Shown one piece after another: positions 1-12,000 of a DNA stretch of 64,000 nt. Origin of the DNA: Octopus vulgaris (taxonomy: Eukaryota). Both the position numbers and the translations under genes were made by a program. The DNA lies in NCBI GenBank assembly GCA_951406725.2, contig OX597836.1, positions 28,892,001-28,956,000 of the forward strand. The letters are read 5' to 3'. The notes under the pieces were generated by a model, which saw only the letters and a program-made list of their open reading frames with translations, made no database searches and was not told the DNA's origin. The first letter of the stretch is position 1. Each line of letters opens with the position of its first letter.

Positions 1-189
1 TAAATATGCTTGTTGCTGATCTCTGTATGTGTGTGTGATCAGATAATATATTAGTTGATCTCTGTGTGTGAGAAAAGGAAGAGAGAGAGAAAGAAGGAAA
101 GAGAATACTTGTATCTGTTATACAGACTGTGAAGAGAGAGAGAAAGAAGGAAAGAGAATACTTGTATCTGTTATACAGACTGTGATGGT

Positions 190-505
190 GTGTGGCTTAT
201 TGGTTAGAGTTTCGGTTTACGATTGTAAGGTCGATGGTTCAATTCCCAGTGACAAATTGTGTCCTTGAGCAAGACACTTCATTTCATGTTGCCCCAGTCC
301 CCTCAGATGGCAAAAATGAGCTGTGCCTGTAATTCAAGCATCGACTTTGTCACACTCAGTGTCATACTGAATTTCCCAAACAACTACATTAAGGGTATAC
401 GTGTCTGTGGAGTACTCAGCCACTTACATGTTAATTTCACTAGCTGGTTGTTTTGTTGATCAGATGAACTGGAACCCTCATTGTCATAACCAACAAACTA
501 CCAAT
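190..505 (+). mobile_element. tRNA-derived SINE, family D (related copies about 17965-18335, 48020-48245, 60070-60640)
   Basis: A/B-box-like head (tggttagag...ggttcaattccc) and shared body (aactacattaagggt...ctgtggagtrctcagccactt...atgttaatttcac) recurring in the window; boundaries approximate. Confidence 0.7.
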
Positions 506-612
506 TCACACACACACGCACGGTAGCTACCAGCAAACTTCAGAAGTAATCCTCTTCTCCACGTTCACCAAACCCACCCTCCTCTCACCAATTATCTTCT
601 TTTTGCCAACAG

Positions 613-705
613 CTGCTGCTCCATCTGCAGAACTTCTCCCAGACTATTTTATCAAAGACTCATGAGATTGAGAACCAGGTGAACAAACTCGTCAATGAAA
701 CCAAG
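613..705 (+). CDS. WASHC2: WASHC2 exon ([31 protein letters not shown])
   Basis: Pyrimidine tract plus caacag acceptor, gtacgg donor, 93 nt phase 0/0; similar to FAM21 LLQFLQEFSQQTISRTHEI. Confidence 0.93.
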
Positions 706-2708
706 GTACGGTACACACTTAGAGCTTTTCTTTTTGTATTTTGCGTTCGGTACTACAATTGTTGTGCCACTGTATTACTGCATTACAGTGTTACCAAAGT
801 ATGATCCACACTTGGAGAGGTCTTTTAGTTTTTACTTGCCATACTGTATGCCACTGTACTGTGTAATACAGTTCTGTCACTGTAATGCTGTTGTGTACTG
901 TACTGTTGCACCATACTAGACTACAACTGTATTACCATAAGAACTTATTGTCCATAGCTTCAACCATATCTCCATTCTCACTTACTAGTCCCCATTCTCA
1001 CACTCACCAGTCCCCATTCTCACACTCACCAGACTGCACTCACATTCACCAGTCTCCACTCACATTCACCAGTCTCCACTCACACTTGCCAGTCTCCACT
1101 CACATTTACCAGTCTCCACTCACACTTATCAGTTTCCATTCACAATTACCAGTCTCCACTCAAACTCACCAGTCTCCACTCAAACTCACCTGTCTCCACT
1201 CAAACTCACCTGTCTCCACTCACACTGACCAGTCTCCATTCACACTGACCAGTCTCCACTCACACCAGTCTCTATTCTCACTCACCAGTCTCTACTCACA
1301 CTTAAGCTTCCATTCTCACTCACCAGTCTCTACTCACACTTAAGCTTCCATTCTCTCTCACCAGTCTCCATTCTCTCTCACCAGTCTCCACTCACACTTA
1401 CCACACTTCACACCTCAACCAGTGCATATCTCATGTAGTCTTTCTTCTCTCTCCCTCAGAGCACCGGAGTCAAAGTGAATAATGTCTTCAATGATTTCAT
1501 TATGCTGGCCAACTCACAGTTTGTGGAAAACGTAATGTATCCTTAATCCCTTAATCTTTTCTACTTCTTTTTTTTCCTTTATGGACATAGAGGTACATGG
1601 AAAAAAGCATGCATGCATAATCATCATCATTTAACATCAAAGCCAAAGTATTTGTCAAGAATAGTTTGACTGTGACTTCGAAGTTTCGGCCTGCTTATCC
1701 TTCAGCGGACACAGTCCAAAACTTCAAAGTCACTGTCAACACCCCCTCCTTTCTGTTGGGAGGCACAAGCACTTTCACACACATGTATACACACACATGT
1801 ATACACACGACGGGAAGCTCCACCTGCTCAATTCAATTACAATGTTTCAGTCGGCCCAAGGCTATAGCAGAAGACACTTGCCCAGGGTGCCATTCAGTAG
1901 GACTGAACCTGAAACCATGTCGCTGAGAAGCAAGCTTCCTAACCATTCTTGTGAAAGAATAATCATCATCATTGTTTGACCGTGGTCGAGACAATGGAAT
2001 TTACTATGTTACGCCAGACTTCACGGTCCATCATAGCATTATGGAGGTCCTGTTGCTGGATGCCTGTATCCCTGGAGATTACATTAGGGTAGGAGATTGT
2101 GCGCCCTCTGGTATCGCGAGCAGAATAATAAATATCTGCTCTACAAAAAGTATTGTGTAATCTTTCAGTTTAATGTAAAATTGTTTTTATTATAACTTGA
2201 CATAGAAAACAAACATCACCATCATTTAATGTCTGCTTTCCATGCTGGCATGGGTTGGACGGTTTGACTGGAATTGGTATGCCAGGGAGCTGCACTAGGT
2301 TCTAGTCTGATCTTAGCTTGGTTTCTAAGGCTGGATGCCCTTCCTAATGCCAACCATTGTTTTACGTACTACTGACACAGATGCTATTTATATGGCAATG
2401 GCCACGACTACGATTTCACAGCATATCATGAAAGGTCTTGGTTCCACAGCATATCACGAAAGGTCTTGATGTGTAGTAAGAAGCTTGCTTCCCAACCATG
2501 TGGTTCCGAGTTCAGTCCCTTGTGAGTGGATTTGGTAGACGGAAAGTGAAAGAAGCCCATAATTATCATCATCATCGTTTAACATGCATCTTCTAAGCAT
2601 GCATGGATAGGACAGTTGATGGAAGCTGGCCAGGTAGAAAAAGTACCCTAGGCTATTGTGTCTGTTTTGACGGATTTTACAGTTGGATGCCCTTCCTAAT
2701 AACACATC

Positions 2709-2750
<42 letters not shown>

Positions 2751-2953
2751 AATCCAAACATGAAAACAAAAAGAGAAAACACAACAACGCAGGGACATGG
2801 AATAAGTATAGTGTTATTGGACACTCAGGAAAGGAAAGAAAGAAAGAGGATTTAACGTTTTGAGCGGAGCTCTTCGTCAGAAACATAGGAAAAGGAAAGG
2901 TCCAAGGAAGGGAAGACGGAGGAAAAAAAAATCATCAACGGTACACATGAGGT

Positions 2954-3000
<47 letters not shown>

Positions 3001-6000
3001 TTGTGTGTTTGTCCCCTTACCATTGCTTGACAACCAATGCTAGTGTGTTTAGGTCCCCATAACTTAGCAGTTCAGAAAAAGAGAACGATAGAATATGTAC
3101 CAAGCTTAGAAGAAGATAAGTCCTGGGGCCAATTTGGTCAACTAAAACTCTTTAAGGTGGTGCTCCAGCATGGCCACAGTCAAATGACTGAAACAAGTAA
3201 AAGAATTTAATCTCATTTAGTGGTTAGCTGTTGTACAAAACATTGGAAAATCCCCAACTGAAGATTCACTTTGACCTACTTAAATGTCTAAAACTCGCAT
3301 TCCATACTTAAACCTAAGGTCAGGATAAGATCAACTGCATAGTAATGTTTATAGCCATATCAAGTTTCTAAATCTTCTTCTTGCTTTCTTTTTTTTTTCT
3401 CTCAAAAACCATAGTAGCCTGGCAAAAGAATGTTAGGCATTCATGAATGCTTTCAAGTTCACTTTGAACCACATCAGTGAACAGACTTGCATAGAGTTGA
3501 ATAGAGTTGCAGAGTCAAAAATAGCTGGAGGCAAATGAAACTGTTGGTTCTTTATGCAACAGAAACATGTAATGATCATATTTAAGCCAAATATTCTGTA
3601 TAATCAAAAATATGCAGATGTGCTAATCACCATATTCATTGCAATTGTCTTATATAGTCCACTTTCATGAGTGGTTGGCATTAAGGGCTTCCAGCTATAA
3701 AAATCATACCAAAGTATAGACAGTGGAACTTGGTGTAGTCCACTGGCTTACCAGCTCATGTCAAACCATCACTAGCATTCTCCTCACCATCACTGCATCT
3801 TTCATCATCACCATTCTCACTACTATCAACACCATCACTATATTCTTACCATATTCTTCAATCTTCTTTCAGCGTGTTTATGATGATGATGTCAGTGGAA
3901 AAGAAACTACAACAAACAACAATAAGGAACCAGTAAGTAATCAGAAAAATATCCTCCACATTATGATTTGGCTTCTTCTAAACACAAATTTTTGTTCTAT
4001 TTTGTTCTAAATCTTCTTTTACTTGTTCTGTTTTTCATCCTTTCAGGCTGGATAAAATATGCACCAGTTAAGCATTGGGGGTGAATGTACTTGATTAACC
4101 CTCTTCCTTGCCAAATTTCAGGGCTTGAGCCTATAGTAGAAAGGCTTATTACCTCCGCCTTATTGAAGGCAGAGGTATTGTTTTCAGTCGTGTTTGTTCG
4201 TTTGTCTGTGGACAAGATATCTCAAGAACCACTGGATGGATTCTAATAAAACTTTCAGGGAGGTTTGGCCTTGTAACTGGCACAAACTGATTAGATCTGG
4301 GATTGAGTGTGTGCAACGATGTTGTTAAACCTCCGTTAACAGCACCGTATGCTGGTCCTTTCTGTTTTCTTTCACGCATGGATAAATTTTTCACTATATA
4401 CCTTAATGGTCATAAAGACACTATAATAGTGGATAGACTAAAAAAAAGTCTTCATAGAGAAAACTGTCCCTGTTCTCACTGCAGACAACACACATGGCAT
4501 TACAAACACAGCCTTCACACCCACCTTCACATTCCATGACTACCATTGGGCTCAATCAGGTACTGGACAAGGATTCTGGATTATTTTTCCAGTTTTTTCA
4601 CTTAATTTTTGAGAGTGGTCAGGTTCATTTTTAGTATTCTCAAATGTGAGAGCAGTTGGGTTTATTTCAGATATTCACATTTTAAAAATCATCTCCAGCT
4701 AAGAGAGGATGTTGGTGTTGCCCTGGTGGAGGTTTGCACTCTCTGAGTGCTCTTGTTATCATCGTTATTAAGACAGTGAGTTGGCAGAATCGTTAGCATG
4801 CCAGGCAAAATGCTTAGTGGCATTTCATCCGTCCTTACGTTCTGAGTTCAAATTCCACTAAAGTCGACTTTGCCTGCCATCCTTTCAGGATCAATGAAAT
4901 AAGTACCAGTTGAGCACTGGGGTTGATGTAATCGACTAGCCCCTCCCCACAAATTTCAGGCCTTGTCCTCTTTGTAGAAAGGGTTGTTATTATTATTATT
5001 ATTATCATCATTATCAAGGTGGCAAGCGGGCAGAATTGTTAGCACACTAGGTAAAATTCTTAGCTGTATTTCATCTGTTTTCACATTCTGAGTTCAAATT
5101 CTGCTGAGGTTGATTTTACCTTTCATCCTTTTGGAGTCAATAAATTAAGTACCAGTGAAATACAGGGGTCAGTGTAATCAACTAGCCCCTCCACTCAAAT
5201 TTTAGGCCTTGTACCTATAGTAGAAAAGATTATTATTATTCATTTGACTATTTGGAACATGTATTCTTTCACTTTTAGAAGACTCAAATTTTCTTTGGTA
5301 AAATAGTCAATCTGCTCTCAACAGCCTCTCCATTGAGGCTTTGCTACATGTTCATCTGTTGGAACTACAAGAACAGTTGAATTATTCTGCATAAAGTGTG
5401 ACTCGTGACTTGTATGGTGACTTTGTTTAAAGTGAAGAAGACTCATGCCCCATAAACCTCACTTTCTTGTCTGTCACCATCTTCAATCCAGTGGTATCTT
5501 ACAAATGTCCTTTGTTTGTTGTAGGAAATGAGTAAAGAAGAAAGAGAAGTAATGATGGTCCAGAAAATTGCTCAAGCTGTCAATTCAGGTCTGAATGTTA
5601 TTGATGAGTCATTTGAAAAACTTGATACCAATGCTGGGAACTCTGAGTCAGAAGATGATGATGCTACCTATACTGTGGATCCAATCTTTGAAGCAAAGGT
5701 AAACACACACACACACACCTATATATACTTATATTAAAAGGCGGCGAGCTGGCAGAAACGTTAGCACAACGGGTGAACTGCTTCGTACTATTTCGTCTGC
5801 CATTACGTTCTGAGTTCAAATTCCGCCGAGGTCGACTTTACCTTTCATCCTTTCGGGGTCGATTAAATAAGTACCAGTTACGCATTGGGGTCGATCTAAT
5901 CGACTTAATCAGTTTGTCTGTCCTTGTTTGTCCCTTCTGTGTTTAGCCCCTTGTGGGTAGTAAAGAAATATTTATATATATTATATTAATCGAAATATAC

Positions 6001-8295
6001 AGTATTATAGATCCAGTTCATCCAATCTTACCAATTGATTTCCATATCTGCCCTCTCTGAGGAGCATGTGATTTAGTTAACTTCCCTGTTACCTAATACC
6101 CAGTGTGAAACTGATTGGTAAGATCAGCTGAAATGGATCTGTAAGACAGATTCTTCAAGTGAAGTCAACCAGCAGGAGACCTAGGGAGTAGACCAAGAAT
6201 GAGATGATTGAGTAATATCCAAAGTCTCAGTTGGTCAGGCTTGGGAATCCAGCCAGAAAGTATAATGACAATTGCTTCTGATAGAACCCTCCTTGGAATA
6301 GTGGACAGAAAAGACGAGATGGGGCAGATACCAAATATGACCGGTTGACCTTAAAATCAAACGACCTTTCATCTGACAAGTTAGTTCTAGTTAATGGTTC
6401 TAAAAAAAGGTTGGTTTTTTCTTCATTGATTTCTCCTACTCCCTACTTTCTGTATGTGTAACTTTTCTGATTTTTTTCTTCTTTTTTATTATTCTTTACT
6501 TCGACAGGATCCTTACATTCATCGGCCACTTCCATTCCTAATTGGTAGCAATGATTTCATGCGAGATGACAATGTTGGACTCATAGAGATTTTCTCAGGT
6601 AAGTTTCAAGGAATAAACTGATGGTGGTCAATTGACCATTGGACAAAATACTTTGTTGTTTTCTTTTTAGTTAAGTTACTTTCCATCATGAACTCAAATT
6701 CCACATCTTCCTAGATAGATTTACTTTCTGTACTACTGCATTCACTAACATAGCTAGAGGTGGCGTGGAGGAGAATTCATATACTCTATAATGTGTTTGT
6801 TTTATTAAACTGCCGGTGAAGGTGATGAAAGAAGATGATTGATGATGCTACAAAGGATGGTGGCATGAGGAATAAAGAACCCATTGGAGGATAGTATTAA
6901 GAATGTAAACTCAAAGTGGAGGACTGAGGAGGGGAAGGAGGAGGAGACAAAGAATAATGGTAACTAGAGAAAGTCAGAAATGATGACACAAAGTGGAGCG
7001 GATTGCAGAGATGAGATCCACCTGGTGATGGACGATAGCAATTAGGATGGAGGTCTATTCTGATGACAAATATAAGACATCGTACTTTACTCCATGGACA
7101 TGACTAAACACATTTTTTCCAAATCTGAATAATTTCAAAGTTTTTTTTTGTTTTTTTTTTGTGTGTGTGTGTGTATTTTCTTCCCATCTCTATGTCTCAT
7201 TCTCTCTTTACCCCTCTCTCTCCCCTTATCAGAAGAAGATGATGGTGAAACTGACCACGGCAGCTTGAGTGATGACTCCGAACCTGAGAAGGGTAAACTG
7301 GACCAGATTGAATCTGAGGTAAGTTTGAGGTGATGAAAATGGAGACTCAGTGTGTGTGTGTATGTGCACAGGTGTGCATATGCATACACACACATACACA
7401 CACACACACACACATATCCACACTGTTTTACTTCACATGCATATATCACATCACACTCCATGTACACATACGACATACCTATACACATGCATACATTACA
7501 TCACACTCCACACATGCACGCACATCCTGTTCTACTCACACAAATACACACACACATCACTCTACACTCATACACACTCACACAAGCCACACATGAGTAA
7601 TTTCTCTGTTCTGTATTTGTCAGTACACTGATGAAGATATGGACTATGATGATACTGCCCCTCCACCCAAGAGGAAAAGCACCAGGGCAACTGAGGTAGG
7701 TCAACCTGTTCAGAAATGTAAACTCACTTTTCAGAACACCTTTCAGGCATGGCTGTGTGGTAAGAAGTTAGCTTCCCAACCACATGGTCCTAGGTTCAGT
7801 CCCACTGCATGTCACCCTGGGCATGTGTCCTCTACTGTAGCCCCCAGGCTGACCAAAGCCTTGAGTGAATTTTGTGGACAGAAGCAGAAAGAAGCCTGTC
7901 ATATATAGGACAGTGAAGCACAACAAAATCCTCTGGTTCACCAAGCTGTCCAACCTGTGGAAGACAAACATTAAACAGCGGTAGCGGTGGTGGCAGAATT
8001 GTTAACACGCCGGGCGAAATGCTTAGCGGTATTTCGTCTGCCTTTACGTTCTGAGTTCAAATTCCGCCGAGGTCGACTTTGCCTTTCATCCTTTCGGGGT
8101 CGATAAATTAAGTCCCAGTTACGCACTGGGGTCGATATAATCGATTTAATCCATTTGTCTGTCCTTGTTTGTCCCCTCTGTGTTTAGCCCCTTGTGGGTA
8201 GTAAAGAAATAGGTGGTGGTGGTGTCACAGTGTTTACGTGTGTGTACACACTCATAAACACACACATTTGAGTCAGAGAGAGTGTACTATGCACT

Positions 8296-8327
<32 letters not shown>

Positions 8328-8839
8328 CACATCAGACCAGTGAAGTAGTATTTGTGACCGTTGCCAGTGTCATGTAAATGTCACCTGGGAAATTGTAATC
8401 ATGGCTGTTACCAGTAGCATGATCGTCAAATGTTGGGCCTCACAGAGACGACAAGTGACTGAGACCTTTGGCAAGACACACTGTGGTTTGAGAAAGATTT
8501 AGCTACTATTTCTAGCTAGTTGGACAACTGTAAAATTTCCCTTGATATATTAATGTGTATATATAGTGTGTTTTAATGCTATTGGAAGCTTCTCATGTCC
8601 ACATTGAAGAATGTCGTCTACATCTCAAAACCAATATAGATGTCTCTGGTGAGCAACCAGAAGTGGTTCTGGGATACAATGGTCACAGTCTTTCTTGCTC
8701 TCTCTCTCTCTCCCTCCCTCCCTCTCTTTCTATATAATTTATATATATATATGTATGTATGTATATATATGTATGTATGTATATGTATATGTATGTGTAT
8801 ATATGTATGTATGTATATGTATGTATATGTATGTATATG

Positions 8840-8892
<53 letters not shown>

Positions 8893-8973
8893 GTATGTAT
8901 ATATATGTATGTATGTATGTATATATATGTATGTATGTATATATATATATGTATGTATATATATATATATGTG

Positions 8974-9005
<32 letters not shown>

Positions 9006-12000
9006 TATGTGTATGCATGTGTATATATATGTATGTATGTATGTTTATTTATTTATTTATTCTGCCTTGTCTATATCTCAAATTCATTAATTAGTTTGGA
9101 TTTCTTAATTAAATAACTAATCTGTATGTAAAGATGTATCTCTTAATTAAATTACCAATCCATATGTAACAACCTGTCTCTTAACCAATCTTATGTAATA
9201 AACAATTGAATGTTCTTTCGTTGACAGTCAACCTATGATTCAGAGGACAGTGACGGTGATTTGTTTGGAACTAAAGATTCCCAAAGTGGATCTGACGATG
9301 AGGAAGACGACAGCTTTGAGAAGAAGAAGAAGCCGCCAAAAGTTGACCGCAGTTTTAGCGACGAAGATGAAGATGAGGAAGAGGAGGAGAATGAAGACAA
9401 AGGAAGTACTCCTGAGGTAATTTTTCTTTCCTCTGCTAGAATAGCAAAACTAAGGAGTATAACAAGGCTTAGATTGTTTAACTTGTAGTACTTTCAAAAT
9501 ACTCTGTTAGGCATGGCTGTGTGGTAAGAAGCTTGCTTCTGGAGCCATATGATCCCAGGTTCAGTCCCACTGCATGGCACCTTGGACAAGTGTCTTCTAC
9601 TATGGCCTCAGGCCAATCAAAGCCTTGTGAGTGGATTTGGTAGACGGAAACTGAAAGAAGCCCATCATATGTATATATCTAAGTGTGTGAGTTTTTATGC
9701 CTGTGTTTGTACCCCACCACTGCTTGGCAACTGGTGTTGCTGTGTTTATGTTCCTCTAACTAAGTGGTTCAGCAAAAGAGACAAGTCCTGGGGTGTTATG
9801 GTGAGAGTTTTTCAAGATGGAAAGGCTTGCTATTTGGTTGCTATTTTTAGCATGTCAAATGACTACATAGAAGCCTCCTGTTTGGTTCTTAACAAGTATG
9901 ATGATATAGGACAACAAATGGTCCTAGATTAATTAGGACCATGTAGTATGGTAACATAGAGGCTAAGGTGGTCCTAGATTTGATAGGTGCAGGATTAGTT
10001 AATACAAGGAGTATGGTAACATAGGGACTGAGGTAATCCCTGATTGGTTGGCATTAAAAGAGTTAAAAACATATTTCTTTTCTTAATTCCATTCACAACA
10101 TAAAGTTTGGTTTTTCTTCCTTCTAGAAGCCTTTCAACAAAAGTAGTCTCCAGGCTGAGCTTGCGGCCAGACTAGGAGTTCCAGAAAGAAAAGGTCAGTC
10201 ATTTCATCATTTATTATTAATATTATTATTATTATTATTATTATTATTGGCGTTAGGAAGGGCATCCAGCTGTAGAAACACTGCCAGATCTGACTGGTCT
10301 GGTGCACACCAGGCGAAATGCTTAGCGGCATTTTGTCTGTTGCTACATTCTGAGTTCAAATTCCGCCAAGGTCAACTTTGCCTTTCATCCTTTTGGGGGG
10401 TCAATGAAATAAGTACTAGTTATGCACTGGGGTTGATGTAATCGACTTTCTACCTCCCCCAAATTTCAGGCTTTGTATCTATAATAGAAAGCTGGCAGAA
10501 TCATTAACATGGCAGGTAAAATGCTTAGCAGCATTTCATCCATCTTTACATTCTGAGTTCAAATTCTGCTGAGGTCAACTTTGCCTTTCATCCTTTTGAA
10601 CACTGGGGTTGATGTAATTGATTCTCATCCCCTCCCTCAAAATTTGCTGCCCTTGTAGCAAAGTTTGAAACCAGTGAGCTGGCAGAATCGTTAGCACACT
10701 GGGCAAAATGCTTAGCAGCATCTCATCTGTCTTTACATTCCAAGTTCAAATTCCACCGAGGTCGATTTTGCCTTTCATCCTTTCAGGGGTCAATAAAATA
10801 AGTACCAGTTATGCACTGGGTTCAGTGTATTCGACTTGCCCCTCCTCTCAAATTTCAGGCCTTGTTCCTATAGTAGTAAAGATTATTATTTTTATTATTA
10901 TTACCACAGGTGCAGGAGTGGCTGTGTGTTAAGTAGCTTGCTTACCAATCACATGGTTCTGGGTTCAGTCCCACTGCGTGACACCTTGGGCAAGTGTCTT
11001 CTACTATAGCCTTGGGCCAACGAAAGCCTTGTGAGTGGATTTGGTAGACGGAAACTGACAGAAGCCCGTCGTATATATGTATATATATGTATGTGTGTGT
11101 ATATGTTTGTGTGTCTGTGTTTGTCCCCCCAACATCACTTGACAACTGATGGTGGTGTGTTTGCATCCCTGTAACTTAGCGGTTCAGAAAAAAAGACCGA
11201 TAGAATAAGTACTAGGCTTACAAAGACAATAAGTTCTGGAGTCGATTTGCTCGACCAAAGGCAGTGCTCCAGCATGGCCACAGTCAAATGACTAAAACAA
11301 GTAAAAGAGTATTAATATTATTAATAATGATAATAATTTACGAATATAGATGTAACTCTTCATGAATGTAAATAAGCAATAAGAAGGATGCGATATGATT
11401 TGTAATAAACAGGGATTGATTCTGTTTATTGAATTGAACAATATTTCGACAGTATTTCTGTCTGCTCAGGTTCAAAATGGAAAATGAAAAGAACGCAGAA
11501 ATTCAGAAATCGAAAATACGAATGGAAATAAAGTGCTGTTGCTGAATATCTCATGTTGTGAGATTTAACCCTTTAGCATTTAAACCGGCCATATCCGGCC
11601 AAAAGTATTCTGCCTGTTTTATGTTCAAACTGGCCAGATCGATCTGGTCTCTCACACCAACCCTACAATACCGTTTTAAAAATTAACAGCTATCTCATCA
11701 AAATCTCATAGCTACAAGATTAATGCATGATTAGTTCAAAACAATGTGGATAAAAAAGGATTAATCTTGGCAGAATAATGTGAACACTAAAGGATTAAAA
11801 ATAGTAATTTTCTAATTTGTGAATGGAAATATCCTGCATTCCTTTTCTACACAGCAAACACTGATGCCATCGGTGTTTTGTTTTTTCATAACTGATAAAG
11901 AGGGGAACAGCAGAGTTGATTGAGAGTCAGTTGGAAAGAACTCCGTCAACACATTCAACAATATGATGTGATAGGAAGAGATGAGGGAAGGTTGGTGCCT

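Noticed and set aside
10909-10985. tRNA genes at SINE heads
   Set aside because: They have A/B-box-like motifs but no complete cloverleaf, and they continue into SINE bodies.
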